Shown: one piece after another, positions 57,701 through 64,000 of the stretch
How the letters are laid out: every line of letters starts with the position of its first letter
How positions within the stretch are numbered: position 1 is the stretch's first letter
DNA from: Patescibacteria group bacterium
Lineage (GTDB): Bacteria; Patescibacteriota; Minisyncoccia; Minisyncoccales; RBG-13-36-15
Length of the DNA: 64,000 nt
Direction: 5' to 3'
Assembly: GCA_022574775.1 (NCBI GenBank)
Contig: JACZRI010000003.1
Span: forward strand, 34,308 to 98,307
Program-made: the position numbers and the translations under genes
The notes under the pieces: generated by a model
Database searches by the model: none
Told to the model about the DNA's origin: nothing
The model's input: the letters and a program-made list of their open reading frames with translations, nothing else

Positions 57701-58585
57701 CTACGTTTCCACAGAATCTATACTTAAAACAGTTTTGATAATGAGGTTAGTGATATCAATATTCGATGCTTTTCGATTGATCGTGTTTGTGAGATAAAGT
57801 TTCGAATATATTTGCTTAATTTTTGAGATACCGGGAGGAAAGACACCGTGGGCCACCAATGCGATAATTCTTTTTGCCTTGGATTTTTTGGCAATTTCAT
57901 AAAACTTCAAAAGAGTGCCTCCGGTTTTAATCATATCGTCAACCACTCCAACTGTTTTTCCGTCCAGATCGATTCTGGGAAAAGCCATCTTTACTTGATA
58001 GGAGTTTATTCTTTCTTTTTTCATTCCTGGAATTTTAGTTCGCCTTTCTCCTCCTATATCCGGCGATAAAAACAAGATATGTTTTCCGAAATTCTTTTTC
58101 GCCATTTTGATTAACAGTGGAACTGCTGAAATGTATGATATTGGGTACTTTTTAGTCCATTGCCGCCCGTGGAAATGGGCATCGATAATGTAGATTTTCT
58201 TCACTCCGTAATAGTGCGCGAGCTTTTCGATTAAATTTTCTGCAACATTAGTTTCTCCAACTTCCAAAACTTGATCTTGCATACCGTAAGGAAAATAAGT
58301 AAAGAACACCTCTGGTTTTACATTATTGTCTCTTAAGATTTGTAGGATTAATTCCAGCTCAATCAGTCCTTCATTCGGTTTTGGCGCTCCTGAATGGAGA
58401 ACAATCACCTTTCTGTTTTGTAAATTTTTTGCTTTAACAATCTTCATATAAATTTCTCCATCAGGAAAGTATCTCTTTCCTTCCATATTTAAATCCGGAA
58501 GATGAACTTCAATATCTTTTGTTTTCGCTTTGAGGCGTTTTGCCAAATGTTTCGCAGAGGAGGTTGGAATAAGAATAGTTTTCAT
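57701..58585 (-). CDS. prs: Ribose-phosphate pyrophosphokinase-like protein
   Basis: FPDGE, PYGMQD, SPDIGG, VVDDMIKTGGT, LTNTI. Confidence 0.85.
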   Translation of the reverse strand: MKTILIPTSSAKHLAKRLKAKTKDIEVHLPDLNMEGKRYFPDGEIYMKIVKAKNLQNRKVIVLHSGAPKPNEGLIELELILQILRDNNVKPEVFFTYFPYGMQDQVLEVGETNVAENLIEKLAHYYGVKKIYIIDAHFHGRQWTKKYPISYISAVPLLIKMAKKNFGKHILFLSPDIGGERRTKIPGMKKERINSYQVKMAFPRIDLDGKTVGVVDDMIKTGGTLLKFYEIAKKSKAKRIIALVAHGVFPPGISKIKQIYSKLYLTNTINRKASNIDITNLIIKTVLSIDSVET

Positions 58586-58642
58586 ACTATTTATTTTAGA
58601 ACAGAAATTTTACAAAATCAAAAAATATGATAAGCTTTAAAT

Positions 58643-59359
58643 ATGGAGGTGATTCCGGCCATTGATATCATTTCAGGTAAATGCGTAAGGTTAACGAGAG
58701 GGGATTATCAGTTAAAAAAGATTTATAACGATACTCCAATTAAGACAGCCAGACGTTTTGAAAGGGCCGGGTTCAGGAGATTACATCTTATAGATTTAGA
58801 AGGGGCAAGGGAGGGAAAAATAAAAAATTGGAAAAGCATAAAAAATATCGCAGAGAATACCAACCTTTTATTGCAAGTTGGCGGTGGCATTCATTCACAA
58901 GGAGATATAAAAACACTTTTTGACTTAGGGGTAGATAGAGTAATTTTAGGAACAGTTGCTATTAAGGAGTCTCAAAAACTGAAAAAGTTCTTAAAAAAAT
59001 TTGGAAACGAGAAAATTGCTGTTGCAGTTGATATAAGGAAAAACAAAATTTGCTACCGAGGTTGGCGAAAAGAGAAGAAAATTACTCTCCGTACATTCTT
59101 AAAGAGTTTGATTCGATTGGGAATAAAAACCGCTATTGTCACTGATATTGAGCGGGATGGCATGCTCAGAGGCCCGAACTTCTCCCTTTACAAGACACTG
59201 ATAAAGACCTTCTCAAATTTAGAAATAATCGCCTCGGGAGGAATAAGAACAAAGGAAGATTTGCAAAAACTTTCCAAAATTGGACTTTCTGGAGCAGTCG
59301 TGGGAAAAGCAATATATGAAAAGAAAATCCTGCTCAAGAATCTTAAAGCCTTTCTATGA
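58643..59359 (+). CDS. hisA: ProFAR isomerase
   Basis: IPAIDI..GKCVRL, HLIDLEGA, QVGGGI, TDIERDG, ASGG. Confidence 0.95.
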   Translation: MEVIPAIDIISGKCVRLTRGDYQLKKIYNDTPIKTARRFERAGFRRLHLIDLEGAREGKIKNWKSIKNIAENTNLLLQVGGGIHSQGDIKTLFDLGVDRVILGTVAIKESQKLKKFLKKFGNEKIAVAVDIRKNKICYRGWRKEKKITLRTFLKSLIRLGIKTAIVTDIERDGMLRGPNFSLYKTLIKTFSNLEIIASGGIRTKEDLQKLSKIGLSGAVVGKAIYEKKILLKNLKAFL

Positions 59360-59952
59360 TCATTATCATTAACTATGGAATGGGAAACCTTAGGTCTCTC
59401 GCTAACGCTTTCCAGTTTTTAGGGGAAAAGGTAAAAATAATTGATAACCCAAAAGAAATCGAAAGGGCCCAAAAGATCGTATTTCCCGGTGTGGGGCATT
59501 TTGGGGAAGCAATGAGAAGTCTAAAAACAAGAAAGATTGATGGAGCGATTCAAACGCGTATTCATAAAGGAATTCCTTTTTTGGGTATCTGTCTGGGACT
59601 TCAGTTATTATTGGAAGAAAGCGAAGAGGCGCCAGGAGTGAAGGGCTTCGGAGTCTTTAAAGGAAAAGTTTTGAAATTTCAAAAAGTGAAAATTCCTCAA
59701 ATTGGCTGGAATCAAATAAAAATTCAAAGGAAAACGAAAATTCTTAAAGGTATTCAAGATAAAAGCTTCGTTTATTTTATGCACAGTTTTTATGTTAAAC
59801 CTTCAGATAAAAAGATTATAGTTTCGCAAACTCATTATGGAAAAGATTTCTGTTCAACTATTGAATCAGAAAATATCTTTGGAGTTCAGTTTCATCCCGA
59901 AAAAAGTGGAGCGGTTGGACTCCAAATTCTAAGAAATTTTATTAAACTTTAA
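59356..59952 (+). CDS. hisH: Imidazole glycerol phosphate synthase, glutaminase subunit
   Basis: PGVGHF, GICLG, YFMHSF, QFHPEKS. Confidence 0.95.
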   Translation: MIIIINYGMGNLRSLANAFQFLGEKVKIIDNPKEIERAQKIVFPGVGHFGEAMRSLKTRKIDGAIQTRIHKGIPFLGICLGLQLLLEESEEAPGVKGFGVFKGKVLKFQKVKIPQIGWNQIKIQRKTKILKGIQDKSFVYFMHSFYVKPSDKKIIVSQTHYGKDFCSTIESENIFGVQFHPEKSGAVGLQILRNFIKL

Positions 59953-60731
59953 TGTTAACCAGAAGAATAATACCTTGTTTAGATTGTGATTTGGGCATAA
60001 AAGGAGGAAGAGTGGTTAAAGGAATAAAATTTAAAAAAATAAGATATGCTGGTCTTCCATGGGAATTGGCTGAAAGGTATTATAAAGAAGGAGCCGATGA
60101 AATTGTCTTTTTAGATATTACTGCTTCTTATGAAAAAAGGGCGACAATGATAGAAATTGTCGAGAAGACTTGCCAAAGAGTGTTTATTCCAATTACGGTT
60201 GGAGGCGGAATTAAAAACATTGAAGATGCTCAAAAATTATTTAAGGCAGGAGCCGATAAAATCTCGATTAACACAGCTGCAATCCAAAGGCCTAAATTGG
60301 TTCAAGAATTAAGTAAAGCTTTCGGCTCTCAAGCAGTAGTAGTGGCAATTGACGCTAAAAGAAGATATAAAAAAGGAAGATGCTGGTTTGAGTGTTCAAT
60401 TTATGGGGGTAGAAAATTTACTGGAGTTGATGCTATTTTCTGGGCAAAAAAGGCAGCTAAACTGGGGGCTGGGGAAATTCTTTTAACGAGCATGGACAGA
60501 GATGGGACAAAACAAGGCTTTGATTTAGAACTCAATAAAAAAACTTCAGAAGCAATTTCCATTCCAGTCATTGCTTCGGGAGGAGTGGGAGAAAAAAGAC
60601 ATTTCCTCGAAGTTTTCAAAAAAACCAAAGTTAATGCCGCTTTGGCTGCCGGAACTCTGCATTTTAACAAAATATCAATACCAGAACTAAAAAAATATCT
60701 CAAAAGTAAAGGAATTAATGTAAGAGTATGA
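59952..60731 (+). CDS. hisF: Imidazole glycerol phosphate synthase, cyclase subunit
   Basis: RIIPCLD, FLDITAS, VGGGI, TSMDRDGT, ASGG. Confidence 0.96.
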   Translation: MLTRRIIPCLDCDLGIKGGRVVKGIKFKKIRYAGLPWELAERYYKEGADEIVFLDITASYEKRATMIEIVEKTCQRVFIPITVGGGIKNIEDAQKLFKAGADKISINTAAIQRPKLVQELSKAFGSQAVVVAIDAKRRYKKGRCWFECSIYGGRKFTGVDAIFWAKKAAKLGAGEILLTSMDRDGTKQGFDLELNKKTSEAISIPVIASGGVGEKRHFLEVFKKTKVNAALAAGTLHFNKISIPELKKYLKSKGINVRV

Positions 60732-61054
60732 AAAATTTAACAAAGAATCTTGACTGGAAAAAATTAAATGGTTTAATTCCGGTAATTGCCCAGGATTTTA
60801 AAACAGAAAAAGTTTTAATGCTCGGTTTTATGAATAGAGAAGCTCTAAAGAAAACTTTAAAAGAAGGAAAAATTACTTATTTCAGTCGGGTAAGAAAAAA
60901 ACTCTGGACAAAAGGAGAAACCTCTGGGCATTTCTTGCAAACTAAAGCAATTTGGGTTGATTGCGATAATGATACTCTTTTAATTAGGGTGAAAGCACAG
61001 GGTAATGTTTGTCACACCGGTCATAAAAGCTGTTTTTATAGGAAAATTCTATGA
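60728..61054 (+). CDS. hisI: Phosphoribosyl-AMP cyclohydrolase (monofunctional)
   Basis: LWTKGETSG, DCDND, CHTG..SCF; no HisE domain. Confidence 0.95.
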   Translation: MKNLTKNLDWKKLNGLIPVIAQDFKTEKVLMLGFMNREALKKTLKEGKITYFSRVRKKLWTKGETSGHFLQTKAIWVDCDNDTLLIRVKAQGNVCHTGHKSCFYRKIL

Positions 61055-61935
61055 AAAAAGAAAAGAAAATAAAAATAGGAATTCCAACCAGATTTTTACT
61101 TCTACCAACTTTAACAATTTTTAGAGCTGCAGGTTACAATCTCGAAGTTGATGAGAAAACCTTTCAAGTAAAAATTGATGATCCAGAAATCGAATGTTTT
61201 CCGGGAAGAACGCGAGAAATAGCTGAAAGAGTGGGAGATGGTATTCTGGATGCTGGAATTTCAAGGAAAGATAGAGTTTTGGCAAGTGGGGTCAAAGTCC
61301 GTGAAATTTGCGACTTAGATTATAACAGAACGGAGACCTGGGAAAAGGGAAAAATTGTTTTAGTTGTGCCAAAGACCTCAAAGATTAAAACCTTGAAGGA
61401 TCTCAATGGGAAAACAATCATTACTAGATTTCCTGAAATTACGAAAAAATTTTTAAAAAGGCATAAAGTCTCAGCCAAGATTGAAACTTCTGATACTCCA
61501 AACGAGTTTCAGATAGGCAAATTAGTTGATGCAGGAGTCGAATTTACTTTGACCGGCAGCACTTTGGCGGCTAACAATCTAAAACCTCTGGCAGTTTTAA
61601 TGGAAACTTCGGCAATTTTTATTGCTAATGAAAAATCCCTTAAAGATAAATGGAAAAGAGAAAAGATAGAAAACTTAGCGATTTTACTTAAGGGAGCAAG
61701 GTTGGCTCAAGAAATGGCAGGATTGATGCTTCATGCCTCAAATAAAATGATGGAAGAAGTTCTTGAGATTTTACCAGCCCTGAAAAAACCAACCGTAACT
61801 CAATTAAGAGGTGAAAACTGGTTTGATGTTCTTACCGTTGCAAATAAAAAAGAGATAAGAAAAATTATTCCAAGACTTAAAAAAATTGGCTGTACCGACA
61901 TCATTGAATTTCCTTTAAATAAAGTTGTAATCTAA
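61051..61935 (+). CDS. hisG: ATP phosphoribosyltransferase long form, divergent paralog 1
   Basis: IDDPEI, DAGIS, TGSTLAANNL, C-terminal regulatory domain; PKG is replaced by PTR and GxxE by DTPNE. Confidence 0.85.
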   Translation: MKKEKKIKIGIPTRFLLLPTLTIFRAAGYNLEVDEKTFQVKIDDPEIECFPGRTREIAERVGDGILDAGISRKDRVLASGVKVREICDLDYNRTETWEKGKIVLVVPKTSKIKTLKDLNGKTIITRFPEITKKFLKRHKVSAKIETSDTPNEFQIGKLVDAGVEFTLTGSTLAANNLKPLAVLMETSAIFIANEKSLKDKWKREKIENLAILLKGARLAQEMAGLMLHASNKMMEEVLEILPALKKPTVTQLRGENWFDVLTVANKKEIRKIIPRLKKIGCTDIIEFPLNKVVI

Positions 61936-61941
61936 ATATAT

Positions 61942-62817
61942 ATGGCTTTGAAACTAAAACTTGGAATTCCCAAAGGATCGCTTCAAAATTATACTTTAAA
62001 AATATTTAAGGAAGCTGGATTTAATATTGATATCCCTGAAAGGGGGTATTTTTTAAAAATTGATGATCCGGAAATTGACTGCTTTTTATTGAGACCCCAG
62101 GAAATCCCGAAATATATTGAAAAAAGAAAATTAGATTTAGGCATCAGCGGCGATGATTGGATTTTAGAGTCAAGGGCAAAAGTAATTGAGGTTTGTGACT
62201 TGAAATACGCGAAACAAGAAATGAAAAAGGTCAAATGGGTTTTAGCAGTTCCTGAAAATTCAAAAATAAAATCTATAAAAGATCTTGAAGGAAAAATCAT
62301 TTCCACGGAAATAGTTAATTTGGTAAAAGACTATTTAAGAAAAAATAAAGTTAAGGCCAAGGTTGAATTCTCCTGGGGGGCGGCCGAGATAAAACCTCCA
62401 AGGTTTGCTGACGCCATTGTTGATATCACCGAAACCGGGGCTTCTCTCAAAGCTCATAATTTAAAAATTCTAGATACAATTTTGGTAAGTTCAACAAAAC
62501 TAATCACGAATAAGGAAGCTTGGAAAAATAAATGGAAAATAAAAAAAATAAAAGATCTGGCTCTTTTACTTCAAGGGGCTGTTCGAGGCGAAGGGGCAGT
62601 AAGTTTAATAATGCATGTTCCCGGGGAGAAATTAAACAGAATTTTAAAAGTTTTACCAAAATTAAAATCGCCGACTGTCAGGAAAACCGCTGGTCAAAAT
62701 TGGTATGATGTTATAATTTCTTGCAAAGAGGAAGAGGCTAGAGAATTAATTCCAAAGTTAAAAAGAATGGGCGGTCAAGGGATTGTTGAATTCCCAATAA
62801 TTAAACTGGTGCCGTAA
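61942..62817 (+). CDS. hisG: ATP phosphoribosyltransferase long form, paralog 2
   Basis: GIPKGSL, RPQEIP, SWGAAE, DAIVDITETGASL. Confidence 0.93.
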   Translation: MALKLKLGIPKGSLQNYTLKIFKEAGFNIDIPERGYFLKIDDPEIDCFLLRPQEIPKYIEKRKLDLGISGDDWILESRAKVIEVCDLKYAKQEMKKVKWVLAVPENSKIKSIKDLEGKIISTEIVNLVKDYLRKNKVKAKVEFSWGAAEIKPPRFADAIVDITETGASLKAHNLKILDTILVSSTKLITNKEAWKNKWKIKKIKDLALLLQGAVRGEGAVSLIMHVPGEKLNRILKVLPKLKSPTVRKTAGQNWYDVIISCKEEEARELIPKLKRMGGQGIVEFPIIKLVP

Positions 62818-62967
62818 TTCCCAAACAGGATAGATATCATCTCGATTTTCTGCTTTTTAATTCCTAAAAACTTGACCGAAAGTAAGATAATATACTATGC
62901 TTGAGATAGTACATAAGAGCTCAATTCGGATAAATGGATAGCTTAGACACTAGAAAGGAGGCATATA

Positions 62968-63642
62968 ATGGAAAGCATTGCAAGCCGAACTAGCAGCCAG
63001 GAGCTCAGCCGGGAGATAATGGGGAATAACTTCTTGGGAGTTGAAGAGGTTGTTGAACACTTCGGCATTTCTTTAGTCCAAGAGGAACTGGCTAAGATAG
63101 CAGAGGTTCCTTTCTTTGAGGCGACACTTCAAGAATGTAAGGATTCTCATGTCCTTTTCCTGGGTGTTCCTGTAAATAGAGTAGGAAATCCTCTGACTGT
63201 TAATTATTTCCGTGATATGTTTCCTGCTGACAGTCCTCGTTTTTGGGCATATCAAGATTCTCGGTATGACCGGGAGAGGTTTGCCACCGAGGAAACCTGT
63301 GAGCTTCGTTGGTATCTCCTCAGGAAATCTATCCTTGATGAAAGTAGGCCTTTGGATTATAAAGAACAAAATTACCTCCTGCAGGAGAATGAATATCGTG
63401 AGCGGGCCATTGTCTATATTTTTTGCGAGCTCTTGATGTTTAGGGCGAGAAGCGAATTACTCTTTAAGGACGATTGGGTTTGGTGTACGGATGTTGATTC
63501 TGACGGCAGCCAGGTTCGTGTCGGCCGGCCCCTCGTTTCGGAGGGCCTCTATGTTAGCCTTGGATTTGGCGGCCACTATGTTCACCATCCTCTCGGCCTC
63601 ATTCCCGCCCGGAAGGAAGTCCGATCGAATTTCAAAGATTGA
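62968..63642 (+). CDS. Hypothetical protein with a DGR target-like variable C-terminus
   Basis: SD AAGGAGG; ends SDGSQVRVG..GLYV....LGLIPARK; 35 of 40 codons in 63490-63609 end in C/T. Confidence 0.65.
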   Translation: MESIASRTSSQELSREIMGNNFLGVEEVVEHFGISLVQEELAKIAEVPFFEATLQECKDSHVLFLGVPVNRVGNPLTVNYFRDMFPADSPRFWAYQDSRYDRERFATEETCELRWYLLRKSILDESRPLDYKEQNYLLQENEYRERAIVYIFCELLMFRARSELLFKDDWVWCTDVDSDGSQVRVGRPLVSEGLYVSLGFGGHYVHHPLGLIPARKEVRSNFKD

Positions 63643-63676
63643 CCACCTGTCTCTTTTTTAAGCTCTTGCCCACTCG

Positions 63677-63788
63677 ATCCTTCAACAAAGTTCAGGGTCG
63701 CCCTGAGTTAAATCGAAGGGCGATAAACTCAGGGTAACCCTGAGTCCTTCGGTCCTGAATTCAGGGTTGAAGGATAAAGTCGAAGGAT
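63677..63788. repeat. Nested CCCTGAG/CGAAGG palindrome cluster
   Basis: gccctgagttaaatcgaagggc, actcagggtaaccctgagt, atccttcaac...gttgaaggat. Confidence 0.7.
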
Positions 63789-63819
63789 TTAAGCCCTGCC
63801 TTGTAAATAGCGATGGCAG

Positions 63820-63842
63820 GGTTTTTTGTTTGTCTTGAGACA
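63820..63842 (+). repeat. 23-bp direct repeat, right copy
   Basis: Identical to 57587-57609; overlaps the T tract of terminator gccctgcc/ggcagggt. Confidence 0.85.
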
Positions 63843-63868
63843 GAAAAGATAGTAAAATATAGGAAAGC

Positions 63869-64000
63869 TATGGTAATAGAAAAAATTCTACGTACAATTT
63901 GGAGGGAGTTTATTTATGGGGGGCATTTCCAATCATTGGGAGCAGCAAGTATTGTTTTTGTTTCGGCTATTTTATTGAAAATTCAAATCACTTGGGATGT
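63869..64000 (+). CDS. 5' end of a membrane protein (possibly UbiA-family prenyltransferase), cut by the window edge
   Basis: MVIEKILRTIWREFIYGGHFQSLGAASIVFVSAILLKIQITWD; family is a guess from only 44 codons. Confidence 0.45.

Noticed and set aside
291-63436. Many short antisense or overlapping ORFs in the track (e.g. 2594-3172 -, 13570-13929 -, 33948-34409 -, 50020-50397 +)
   Set aside because: Shadows of well-supported genes or tRNAs on the other strand or frame, with no motifs.
1-64000. CRISPR array, integrase, transposase or prophage
   Set aside because: No regularly spaced repeat-spacer array and no ORF with recognisable Cas, recombinase, transposase or phage structural motifs.

Overview
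AT-rich bacterial chromosome segment using the standard code (TGA ends many genes). Gene content and style suggest a Patescibacteria/CPR genome (Parcubacteria, Nealsonbacteria-like); this assignment is inference. The backbone carries the end of a polysaccharide cluster, murB, hpf/raiA, a pdaD-DHS-speB polyamine trio, secA/secD/secF, a VirD4-like ATPase, pgk, a recJ-like gene, rnhA, rnpB, murJ, lepA, ftsB, prfB (+1 frameshift), ftsEX, efp, fmt, thpR and murC, plus tRNA-Gly, -Thr and -Gln. An accessory gene array follows tRNA-Gln (34.4-48 kb). Near the end are an IDI-prenyl synthase fusion and a direct-repeat-flanked prs + partial his block. Most notable observations: (1) a stand-alone ~230-nt minus-strand ncRNA (40972-41199) joining a tRNA-like domain to a covarying copy of the 23S rRNA L1 stalk; (2) tiny palindromic elements with a 4-nt tail, inserted in frame into murB, lepA and efp (a second family in murC), with one copy carrying an intact tRNA-Gln inside a broken tRNA-Gln; (3) two mutually complementary small RNAs upstream of murB; (4) a repeated boundary motif punctuating the accessory array; (5) an orphan DGR-type target gene. 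All calls were made by eye; no searches or folding programs were run.
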